A stretch of DNA of 64,000 nt. Source: Octopus sinensis. Lineage: Eukaryota. The stretch covers positions 22,859 through 86,858 of the forward strand of contig NW_021833046.1 of assembly GCF_006345805.1 (NCBI RefSeq). Reading direction: 5' to 3'. A program made the position numbers and the translations under genes. The stretch's first letter is position 1. Every line of letters starts with the position of its first letter. Under the pieces are notes generated by a model. The model ran no database searches and had not been told where the DNA came from. It worked only from the letters and a program-made list of their open reading frames with translations. This document shows, piece by piece, positions 35,732 to 46,779 of the stretch.

Positions 35732-36544
35732 GTATGCATTATCTTATTCAGGTCTTTTTCAACACCTTAGTTATTTTTGACTCTTATACCTTAGTCCACC
35801 AAACCGTAAATAGTTACCACAGAGTAGAAATGACTTGATGCAGGCAGTAAAGGGAGCCTCTCTACAGTCATTTGATCTGCTACAAACAGTAGCCAAATCT
35901 CCCAGAGATGAGAAACCTAGTGGCTCATGATCTTTCGGTCATTGATTCAATTCCAGGACCAGCTGGTATGTTATGACCTTAGGCAAGCCACTTCATTTCA
36001 TGTTACTTTGGGCTATTCAGGTATAAATGATTATTAGCCAGGTGCTGACGCATCTGTCTCTTCCTCTTGAATGTTCTATTGAGTTAAGGTTGAGGTGGCC
36101 AGGAAGGTGTCTTTGTATGCTAGCACCCACACAGACACCTACAACAATTAGTGACAGCATGGTACATGTAACCAAAATCAGACTTGCATAAGAATAATAA
36201 TTGGTTGTACAGCAATGTACTGCACTGAACTCCCTCAAATAACATCCTATCATCATAAAAAACACAACAAACAAAAACAAAAGACATATCAAATAATGTA
36301 GTCTTAGATACTCTAGTTGAATAAAAAAGAAAATAAAAGCGGATGGTCATGGCTGGAATACCTTTCATCACTAGTTTGCTTGATCAGAGTTAATATGTAG
36401 CTGGACAACAACACGTGCTAATGAGGGTGGATGTCTGTTTTCACTTCATTGACCCCCTAGAAATAAGGACCTAGCTTCCCCCTATCACATGTTACTATCT
36501 AAAAAAAAAAAATGAAAAAAAAAATGTCACCTTAGACACTCAAC

Positions 36545-36768
36545 ATTGGCAGAAACGTTAGCACGCCGGGCGAAATGCGTAGCCGTATTTCGTCTGTCAT
36601 TACGTTCCGAGTTCAAATTCCGTCGAGGTCGACTTTGCCTTTCATCTTTACGGGGTCGATAAATTAAGTACCAGTTACGCACTGGGGTCAATGTAATCGA
36701 CTTAATCTCTTTGTTTGTCCTTGTTTGTCCCCTCTGTGTTTAGCCCCTTGTGGGTAGTAAAGAAATAT
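36545..36768 (+). mobile_element. Short tRNA-derived SINE, family C
   Basis: ggcagaaacgttagc (box A-like), gagttcaaattcc (box B), tail gtccttgtttgtcccctct..gtttagccccttgtggg..taaagaaata. Confidence 0.85.
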
Positions 36769-38116
36769 ATATGGGGAATTGATGTATAAACTTCAAAATC
36801 TAAATCCACAATAATTAAGAGCTCAAATTAGTTCAATTAACAACTGATAATTAAATCCCAGCATGTCGTTAGGACTGACTCGCATGCATATACATAATCA
36901 GCTGATTTGATTTTATAAGAGAAACATATTCAGAATAGAAGCAAAAAGCATAAATTCCACTGACGGTTCATACTTTAATTGTGCTTAAACAGTGAGAAAC
37001 TATGCTTACCCAAATCCTTATAAGGTTCCTCATGGTTTGGCTACTTTTGGTTTCAGGTTTTCAACATTTCATTCTACTTTTTCTCTCTCTCTCGATCTAC
37101 TAATTTTCTTTTTTCCCATCCTTGTCTGCCTGTCTTCTTTTACCACCACCACCACCACCACCACTACCACCGCCGCCGCCGCCACCACCGCCACCACCAT
37201 TTAATGTCCGTTATCTATGCTGGCACACTGAAAGGCTGCACCAGACTCCGGTCTGATTTGGCATGGTTTCTATGGATGGATGCCCTTCCTAACACCAGCC
37301 ATTTCGAGAGTATAATGGGTCCTTATATGTGCCACCAGCATGGGTACCATTTGCATGACACTGGTATCTGCCACGACTGTGATTTTGCTCAGCTTGATGG
37401 GTCTTCTTCTCAAGTACGACACAATGCCAAAGGTCTTGGTCATTGCCTCTGTGAGGCCCAATGCTTGAAAGGAACTCAGCCACCTTGCCTCTGTGAGGCC
37501 TGCTCGAAAGGGTCAAATTAAAAAATATAATATTGGTTTCAAATTTTGGGTCAAGGCCAGTAGTTTGGATGGAGGGGTAAGTCGATTGAAATGACCCCAG
37601 TACTCAACTGGAACTTATTTTATTGACCCAGTAGAATTTGGACTTAGAATATTAAGACAGATGAAATGTTGCCAAGTATTTTGCCCAGTGTACTAATGAT
37701 TCTGCCTTATTTAAAAATATGATATTGGTTTTAAATTTTGGCACAAGGCCAGCAATTTAGCGAGAGGGGTTAAAGTCAATTATATCAACTCCAGTGCTTG
37801 ACTGGTACTTATTTTATTGCCCCTGGAAGGATGAAGGAATGAAAGGCAAAGTGGACCTTGGTGGAATTTGAACTCTGAATGTAAAGACAGACAAAATGTC
37901 ACTAAGCACTTCGCCAATTGTACTAATGATTCTGCCGGCTAACCAGCTTATTTAAAAATATAGTGTTAACCCATTGCACAGTTTAACACTTCCACATTAG
38001 ATATCTTTAAAGCAAACACTTGGACTAGGTCTCTTGACCCAATAACTTACTCATTCCGTCTGACTAATCACAGGGGCCCTGTAAAGGGTAATGAGCAGTG
38101 CCTTCCCTTATTCATT

Positions 38117-38518
38117 TTATTCTTTTACTTGTTTCAGTCATGTGACTGTGGCCATGCTGGAGCACCACCTTTAGTCGAGCAAATCAACCCCAGGACTTAT
38201 TCTTTGTAAGCCTAGTACTTATTCTATTGGTCTCTTTTGCCAAACTGCTAAGTTACGGGGACATAAGCACACCTACATCGGTTGTCAAGCGATGTTGGGG
38301 GGAGACAAACACAGATACACATACATACACACACACACATATATATGCATATAGACGATGGGCTTCTTTCAGTTTCCGTCTACCAAATCCACTCACAAGG
38401 CTTTGGTTGGCCCGAGGCTATAGTAGAAGACACTTGCCCAAGGTGCCACGCAGTGGGACTGAACCTGGAACCATGTGGTTGGTAAGAAAGCTACTTACCA
38501 CACAGCCACTCCTACGCC
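38117..38518 (-). mobile_element. SINE family A
   Basis: Full reverse-complement copy about 140 nt upstream of exon 9. Confidence 0.85.
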
Positions 38519-38655
38519 TTATGATTCTTATAAATACAAAGAAGGTATATAAAAAAGAGTAATTCATCTTATGTTTTATTGGTTCTCAGTCATTTTCAGG
38601 AAAAAATATTTTGTTGCTTATTTTATGTTGCTATTTTATTTTGTAACTTATTCAG

Positions 38656-38774
38656 GTGGTTACAAAGGTTATGGCTTGGCATTAATGACTGAAATATTTT
38701 GCGGAGTCTTAGCTGGAGCAAATTCTGGAGCTAACATTCGATCATGGAAAAACACAACATCACCTGCAAACTTG
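38656..38774 (+). CDS. Ldh_2-family oxidoreductase, exon 9 (GGYKGYGLALMTEIFCGVLAGANSGANIRSWKNTTSPANL)
   Basis: Acceptor ttcag ending 38655, donor GTATG at 38775; 119 nt, phase 1-0; GYKGYGL...E..CG.L.G motif. Confidence 0.95.
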
Positions 38775-39104
38775 GTATGTAAAGTTTTTTGTTTTCTAGA
38801 CTTGTACTATTTATATTAGTAAATTTGTTTCTTCATCCTCCTGAAACTACAACATAAAAACTTCCTGTTTTAAAATGATTTAAATGAAAATTTTCAATCA
38901 AAATCAAAATTTAATTTTAATTTGTTTCAAACACCAGTTTAGTAGTGACAAAGTTATTTTCCTAAATCATTCATTATTTACAAAACTAATTTAAACAATG
39001 GCAGTGTGTTTCAACAGAGATATCCTATTTTTATATTTAATCATAGTCTTGCTGCTAGAGTGGAAATTGATGATCATATATCAGCAAAATTTCAGATGAT
39101 AGTT

Positions 39105-39489
39105 GGGACCTTTTCGGTTTGAACGGCAGTTTTTTCTAGCGGTGTCATATGAAATTGTCACCCGTAATTATGACCCTTTTAGGGTTAGGGTTGGGGGAAG
39201 GGTATCTTTTTTTTCTTCACAAATGTAAATAAACCCAATCTATTTCTTAAACGAGGGACATATTCATACGGCACAGAATGCTTTTTAACTCAATAAACGT
39301 CATTGATTGGTTGAAATTGCAGAAATTGAAGAAAAAAACAACAAATATCTTACAAACTATAGAATTTTCTCAATAAAGCCAAGAGGAAATGATGTTTTAT
39401 AAACACATTCTACGAGTATACGAAGTTTAAAAGTGTTTAGTTACGTGGAAATTATTTTAAAAAACTGCCGTTCAAACCGAAAAGATCCA
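39105..39489. mobile_element. MITE with about 30-bp TIRs and apparent 6-bp TSD
   Basis: Left GGGACCTTTTCGGTTTGAACGGCAGTTTTT versus right reverse complement TGGATCTTTTCGGTTTGAACGGCAGTTTTT; atagtt at 39099-39104 and 39490-39495. Confidence 0.8.
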
Positions 39490-39554
39490 ATAGTTGTTGA
39501 AAATAATATTGTTAAACATCGACATAAACCTTTTTTCTTTATTTTTAATTATAG

Positions 39555-39650
39555 GGACAGTGCTTTGTTGCTCTGGACCCATCTGTTTTTGCTCCCGGAT
39601 TCAAAGGGCGTATGTCAGATCTTCTCGGTCATTTAAGGAACATGGATCCT
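39555..39650 (+). CDS. Ldh_2-family oxidoreductase, exon 10 (GQCFVALDPSVFAPGFKGRMSDLLGHLRNMDP)
   Basis: Acceptor atag ending 39554, donor GTAAG at 39651; 96 nt, phase 0-0; GQCF.A.DP..FAPGF motif. Confidence 0.94.
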
Positions 39651-41836
39651 GTAAGACTTTATTTTATTTTTGTGTTATTTTGTATTTGTATGTGTGCTGT
39701 GTATGTATGTACCATTCAGATCTGTCAGGGTCCCAGTAATGGGTTAATTAACATATTAGGGCTACGTGATGACTGGATCTGGCAGACTCTGTGGAAGAAC
39801 CTTCATGGTTTACTTGAGAGGGAGGTTAGCTGCTGCAACAAACTGTAGAGTTTAGAGAGAAAGTTGGAGCAAATAAGACATCTTGGCCATTCACTGAATC
39901 CGTCTCCATCCCTATTTGTCTTGATCTGGTCTTGTCACTGGATTGAAGATGGTCACAGATGAAAGAGTGAAGTTGATGGTGTTCAACTACGCATCATATT
40001 GATGAATAGTTAGCTCAATGGTAAGAGTGTTGGACTCACAATTATGAGGTAGTGAGTTTGATTCTCGGACGAGATTGTGTATTGGGTTCTTGAGCAAGAT
40101 ACTTTATCTCACATTGCTCCAGTTCACTTAGCTGTAGAAATGTGTTGCGATATCACTGGTGCCAAGCAATATCAGCCTTTTCCTTTCCATTGGATAACAT
40201 TGGTGGCGTGGAGACGGAAAGCTGGTATGCATGGGTGACTGCTGGTCTTCTATAAACAACCTTGCCCAGACTTGTGCCTCAAAGAGTAACTTTCTAGATG
40301 CATCTAAGGGGTTCTTTACCTTTTACATTTTATCCATCATTTTAAAGTCAGCAAGCAAGTCATTAGTCATCCCGAAGGATGACCAGACGATTCTCATCGC
40401 TCCGACAGACGAACATGGATGGATGTGTGTGTGTGTGTGTGTACAACGGTAAAGCCATTAAGGAGGCCTGATTCTGTTTTCAATTTTTCCTTGATATGAA
40501 CACGATCTTTGGAAATCACTCGAGGACACATCGAAGTTTATGAAAAAATGTGTGAAGCAGAATATGCTGTCAAGAAGAGGAATTTAAAATGTTTTCTTTA
40601 TCCTCGCTTAAAATATATTCGGACCCCAAGCATAAATAAATGCAATTTGTTAAATTCTAGTCTCGCATTCGAAAGAGAAACATTATGTAAGGGAAGTAAC
40701 TACGTACGCGTTAATAGTTATCTACCCTTTATGCATTTATTTTGATGTTTTCAAGTTTGAGATTTTTTTTTCGTAGAAAGACAACTGTTTTTGTTAGATT
40801 AGTTTAATTGTTTTGTTGATGCTAATTTAATTAAATTCAATCAGTTTAGTTCAAATATCTATAGTGATGACTCTTCGTTTTGTGACTCCTTGGTAGTTTG
40901 ATTCTGGTCAGAAGAAATGGGTGTTTGACAGTTTCTGTCAGCATTTGTTGGTTTTTAACATCAATAAACATCGCAAATTTGATGAGAGGGAACAGTCAAT
41001 TAAATTGAGGGAACAGTCAATTAAATTGACACCCATTTGGCTTGATACTTATTCTACTGAATGCAAAAAGAAATGTGTTAGAACAGTTTCGCGCCGCATC
41101 TAAGAGTTTCGTTTTTCGTTTGACATGTGACAATTTCAGTTTTTTGCACTTTCATTTCTGACGTTTTACTTTCGCTTTTGGCAGCATCTGTGGATGATCG
41201 AACTGTTAGGAATAACAGACATATCTTCATCAACGAATCATAAGGATCAATTTACCCTTTTTTAAAAAAATATTATTGTCATTAATTTTCAGCAAAATTA
41301 AATAAAACACAAACTATACTTTCGAATGTTTTACAAAGTTCTGCTCTTTTTCGAGTCGATATAACAGACTTTATCCACAACTCTTTAGTATTATCATTCA
41401 CTGAGGTTCCTACCATAATTTTCGAACTAAGTGATCCCTGCCTATGTATCAGGCTTTGTACAATTTGCTGAATTATACACCAGACTGAAAGAATGGTTTT
41501 GGCTGAAAGTACTTTTCTAGTTGGTCGCCACTCTTTTTTTATTCCTTAAAAAGTATTTTACTTGTAAGTTCGTTTCGTCACTCTATGTAACTATTTATTG
41601 AAATGGGTATTAAATAAAAGCGAAAGTTAAAAAGAAAATGCGGAATTGTTGTGGCGAAAAACAAAACGTTCCAAAACCGATCATGTGTTGTGCACAACTA
41701 CACAGACGTCACAAAAATAACAACAAAGAAAAAAAAACCAGTGCTATAAATCAGTTTATCTGGCGCCCAACTGATTCTTCCAATTGTTATTAACACTAAT
41801 GTTGATTCATTTATTTAATTATTTTGTTAATTCTAG

Positions 41837-41947
41837 TCGGAGGAAGGTAATCCTGTATTAGTTGCTGGAGATCCAGAAAGACAACATGAACAAAAATGTG
41901 ATAAACTGGGTGGAATTCCTTACCACCCGAATCAGATAACATTTGCT
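41837..41947 (+). CDS. Ldh_2-family oxidoreductase, exon 11 (SEEGNPVLVAGDPERQHEQKCDKLGGIPYHPNQITFA)
   Basis: Acceptor ttctag ending 41836, donor GTAAG at 41948; 111 nt, phase 0-0; PVLV.GDPER and GGI.YH.NQ motifs. Confidence 0.93.
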
Positions 41948-42267
41948 GTAAGTGACCGAGAGGTTTTTTTAATTTTTAATATTTTTTCTTTTAACTTCAA
42001 ATTTGTCTTTTAAAATCTTTCATAAGTCTGTATATTTATCTGCTTGCGTGCGATATAGATACAAAGAAAGTGTAGTGTCTTCATTATTGATTTCCAATCT
42101 CAACAATAAATATGAAACTCCTTAGAGAGGACCTATGTTTAACTATTTCATCTACACAGTCTTCCCAAATACTCTTCGTGTTGTGATCTTTGCAATTATA
42201 CATATATATTACTCCAATTGAAGGACGAACTTGCTTTCAACCTAATATATAGATGTACGTATGTATA

Positions 42268-42683
42268 GGCGCAGGAGTGGCTGTGTGGTAAGTAGCTTGT
42301 TTACCAACCACATGGTTCCGGGTTTAGTCCCATTGCGTGGCACCTTGGGCAAGTGTCTTCTACTATAGCCTCGGGCCGACCAAAGCCTTGTGAGTGGATT
42401 TGGTAGACGGAAAGTGAAAGAAGCCCGTCGAATATATGTATATATATATATATATAAATATATATGCGTGTATGTGTTTGTGTGTCTGTGTGTCAAGCAT
42501 TGCTTGACAACCGATGCTGGTGTGTTTATGTCCCCGTCACTTAGCGGTTTGGCAAAAGAGACCGATAGAATAAGTACTGGGCTTACAAAAGAATAAGTCC
42601 CGGGGTCGATTTTTTCGATTAAAGGCGGTGCTCCAGCATGGCCGCAGTCAAATGACTGAAACAAGTAAAAGAGTAAAGAGTAA
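42268..42683 (+). mobile_element. SINE family A, CpG-retaining copy
   Basis: Full-length, with most CpGs intact. Confidence 0.87.
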
Positions 42684-43526
42684 CAGTATGTATCTGCAGG
42701 GCTGAAAATGGAACCAACACAATCCGGGAGGATACAAAAATGGATGTAGGTATACCAATTAAGCGAAACGAATATGTAAATGCGTGGAAGCTCCTATATT
42801 AAATGGAAATAGATTAATTCAGTATCCTCTTTTGTAATTTTTTTCAAATTTATTTTTTATAATTTTGGGGGAATGTTTCCAGTTTTGGCTTTTCTTCGGT
42901 ATTCGTAGACGACATCATTCACCTATACTTGACTTCCCGACACAGAGGCTAGGCTAAAAAGGTGGGTGAATGACATCGTCCCCTCATACCGACCCTTTGC
43001 TTGCCTATACCGAAGGATCGCCTGTCTTCCTATTTTACATTCTGAGGTTAACTTCATTTATTATTTTGAGGTCGAGTCCTGGGGTCGATGTAATGTCATG
43101 CCCTCTCCCTCTAATTGTTGGCCTTCTGCTAAAATTATAAATTAATGTTACTCTTGCTATTGTTTATGGTTGTGTTTATTTTACTGGTCATTCTTTGATG
43201 TAAGAGTGTTTACGTAACAACAACTTTGTAAGGCGTGTATACAAATGTAGCAGTATTTTATTTAAGAAAAAGTTAATACTTAATTTATCGATCCCGAAAA
43301 GACAAAAAGGAAATGTCAACCTCGGTAGATTTTGAATTCAGAATTTAAAGACGGACGAAATGCCGCTAAGCACTTTGCCCAGCGTGCTAACGGTTCTCCA
43401 AGCCTTCAAGCTATAAAAATTAAAATCAAATCCTAACAATTATTTAAGCAATGATTCATAAACATTTACAGGTAAATTTTTATATTATCATCCGCACGAT
43501 TTTCACTAAGAAAAATTTATCCATTT

Positions 43527-43720
43527 ACATATTCGTTCCGCTTATTCAGGATACCTATTTCTTTATTGCCCACAAGGGGCTAAACATAGAGGGGACAAAC
43601 AAGGACAGACATATTCGTTCCACTTATTCAGGATACCTATTTCTTTATTGCCCACAAGGGGCTAAACATAGAGGGGACAAACAAGGACAGACATATTCGT
43701 TCCGCTTATTCAGGATACCT
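43527..43720. repeat. 82-bp tandem repeat (about 2.4 units) containing a SINE C tail
   Basis: Units start at 43527, 43609 and 43691; 52 nt of each unit is the reverse complement of the SINE C 3' end. Confidence 0.9.
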
Positions 43721-44895
43721 AAGAGGGTAAATACGAAGGGAAGTAACTATAAACGTTAATATTTATGACCGTTGTCATAAATACCTTAGCTAACAATGAT
43801 ATAAACTGACTAACGACTGAGGTTATTTGAGCTCAGTTTAGCTTTGTAATGTCTCCCCTCTTTTTCAGATCTCATCTCCTGAATATAGCCTTTATCCACC
43901 TTTCTGCTGCATTCACTCTGGAATTCCTGAGGCTTACCATGGCTCAGGAATTCCAGGATAGCTGTTCCACTGCCCTACTATTTGTACTGCCAGGAATGCG
44001 CTTTAGCTAACAATGATAACTTTTCATATCTGAACTGAATATGAATGACAGTATCTGATGAAATCTCTGTACAAATATTTTTATTATTTTTTCACTCAGG
44101 TTTTTGTTCATTAACTGTTTAGCATTTAAACTGGCCATATCCACCCAAAATAACTTGTTTGATGTTAAGACAGGCCAGATAAAGCCTGTCACCACAGTCC
44201 TATAAAGTCTTTGTGAAACTAAACAATCACATCATTGAAATCTCAAAGCGACAAGATTATGTATGATTAATCCAAGACAATATAAATAAACAAACATTAT
44301 ATTTGACAGAGTAATCTAAATACTAAAGGGTTAAATCATGATGATTCTTATAAGTTGATTTAAAAAAAAAATTAAGCGTATTGTTGTCATGATGCTTATT
44401 GTTGTCATTAAAGCATCAGGCAAAATGTTAAACAACTGTAGTGAGATCTAGAATCAAACCTATATTTCTTGGTTGCTAGGCCAGTGCCACACATAGACCA
44501 CATTTTTGTTATGCAGTCTGTCCTGATTATCAACCAACCAGCTTACAGCGTTATCAGGCCATATTACAAACATCACCTGCAGTGTTGTTGAATTTCTTGT
44601 GCTTTTCTTAGTATTTAAAGCACATTCATGTCAAGAACAACCACAGAGGTTTGAGAACCACCCCAGAACACATATCTTCATCTCACACTGAGTAATACCA
44701 AGTTTACCTTTGGTGAGTCCAGCTAGAAATGAAAGGAATTCTTCTTCATAATTGCAGACCAACTCGTACCTGTTTCTCAAACCTTACTAGTTATTACTAT
44801 GTATAAATGTTACACTGAAGCTTCATTTCTAATCTCCTACATCACTACCTGCAGTCATTAGAAGTTTATATTCCATTGTTCTCCTGTTCATTAAA

Positions 44896-45654
44896 TCTTA
44901 TAATAAAAATGTACTACTATGTTCACATCTGTTAATTGTGATACAACACAGCTGAAACATTACAAATAAATATTCACCAGTGAATCTCTGAATATGGTAA
45001 TGAACATAACCTTTACGGCACAGCACAATATTTCTTTCAGCCCTCTACTTCTAATTTCAAATCCTGCTAAAGTACATTAAATCTCTCCATATATAAAGCT
45101 GAAGTTGTCTGTGTATGGCAGGTTTGGTAGCCTTCAACTAACACTATCTCCTCCGAGACCCTGTGGCGCAAGTTGACCAAAATTGAGAGTATGATAGAAG
45201 AAGGCTTGCTCTTCCTTCCATAGAAGAAAAAATTCAAATTGGACCATGCTAACACCAAAAATTATTTACAACAAAAAGGTGCTTTTTTTCTATGAAAATC
45301 CCTAATTTTATGATTTTTTTGACTGCTGTGTCGCCATTTTTTGGTGTATTTCAACCAGAAAAATGTTCACTTGAAGAGAATAACAAGCTAAATAATGCAA
45401 AATTTTTACTTTCCAAAAATTCTAATTCTAAAGGGTCGAAACAAACCCAAGCAATGCCGGGCGATACTGCTAGTCTTATAATAAAAATATACTAGTATGT
45501 TCGTGTCTGTTCATTGTGATATAACACAGCTGATACATTACTAATAAATATTCACCAGTGAATCTCTGAATCTGGTAATGAACATAACTTTTACAGCACA
45601 GCACAATATTTCTTCCTGCCCTCTACTTCTAATTTCAAGTCCTGCTAAAGTACA
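44896..45654 (+). repeat. 181-bp direct repeat (44896-45076 and 45474-45654) flanking a Helitron
   Basis: Ungapped alignment by eye gives 15 mismatches (about 92% identity). Confidence 0.9.
45082..45473 (+). mobile_element. Non-autonomous Helitron (different body, shared 3' end)
   Basis: A|TC start and cccaagcaatgccgggcgatactgCTAG|T end. Confidence 0.85.
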
Positions 45655-46273
45655 AATCAAGTACTAAGGCCCTGAGGTCAGTGGTATTGACTATCCCTCT
45701 TCCTTCAAAGTTGTTGACCTTGTACTTAAATTCAAAACCATATGGTATCAGATTTGTCTTTTACACTTCTTGTCCAGTTGCTGCTGTTTTTCTTAGTGAA
45801 GATTCTCTTAATTGTTTTGGTATCAACTCATCTGAAACCCTAACCCTAACCTTGGTTCTATGATACAAACTTCCAGATTGAAAGTGACCTAAATCAAAAT
45901 CCTCCATCAAAATTCCATGCTAACTTGTATTAGAAATACTGGCCTAATAACAACAAAGTTATTCCATAAAAAATTTTCATCATTTTCAAAATTAATTGAA
46001 CGTGGGCTGCATATCTCACCAGAAATATGGTAAGAAAAGTGTTGATAACAATCCCTAATTTGACTTCTCCTTTTAACTCTTATGTTTTATGCTTACAAAA
46101 CATTGGAAATTTATTCTATTACTTTCATGTTTTCATACTGGAAAATAAAAACATTTTATGTTGGTGCTGAAAACTAAAATTAGTTTAGTAGATTCTGAAG
46201 TTTGCAAAAGACTACTCCTTACATATTTTTTCCAAAAATTGATGTTTTATTTATTTATTTATTTATTATTTAT

Positions 46274-46326
<53 letters not shown>

Positions 46327-46343
46327 TGTTGTTGTTGTTTCAG

Positions 46344-46394
46344 GAAAGGTTGGCTGATCAGCTTAAGATTGCTCGAATGAAACCAAAAGCCTAA
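46344..46394 (+). CDS. Ldh_2-family oxidoreductase, exon 12, terminal (ERLADQLKIARMKPKA*)
   Basis: Acceptor tttcag ending 46343, phase 0, TAA at 46392-46394; brings the total to 1086 nt (361 aa), the expected family length; AATAAA downstream. Weaker sequence conservation than the internal exons. Confidence 0.8.
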   Translation, partial: ERLADQLKIARMKPKA

Positions 46395-46482
46395 TCCAAG
46401 AAGAAGAAAAAAAATCTTCTCTCTATTTCTACAAACATCGAATTAGATTGACCAGAATTAATCTTTTGATAAATATTTTTTT

Positions 46483-46488
46483 AATAAA
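46483..46488 (+). terminator. Candidate polyadenylation signal AATAAA of the Ldh_2 gene
   Basis: AATAAA about 90 nt after the stop codon, followed by T-rich sequence; no transcript evidence available. Confidence 0.45.
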
Positions 46489-46779
46489 TTCTTTTAATAA
46501 GTGAATTTTATTCATTTCTGTTTTATATCTGCTTGTAAACATTTTGTTTAGACGTGCAGTTTAACCGTACGGTTCTGGTTCAATCACACTGTATGGCACC
46601 CTAAGCGAGTGTCTTCTACCTTGGCAGAAAATTAGGGCCTATGAGAGAGAGAGGTACAAGGAAGACATCGTACCTAGGTCTGAGAATTTACTGTTATCTT
46701 AGAAAATGTCAGCCTATTTTGTAGACTTGTATTCATATTTTGAAGGAGGCTTGAAAGAAACTAGTAATTAATAAAATTT

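Noticed and set aside
36545-36640. tRNA-like sequences with box A/box B (also at 20566, 48161, 49497)
   Set aside because: They are SINE heads continuing into shared bodies and tails with TSDs, without a full cloverleaf.
39177-39195. Telomere-like TTAGGG repeats (also about 45838)
   Set aside because: Only 2-3 units, inside a MITE or in isolation; no interstitial telomere array.
43527-43720. CRISPR-like repeat-spacer appearance (also the family B subrepeat arrays)
   Set aside because: The spacers are identical, the DNA is eukaryotic and there are no cas genes; explained by SINE tail duplication.
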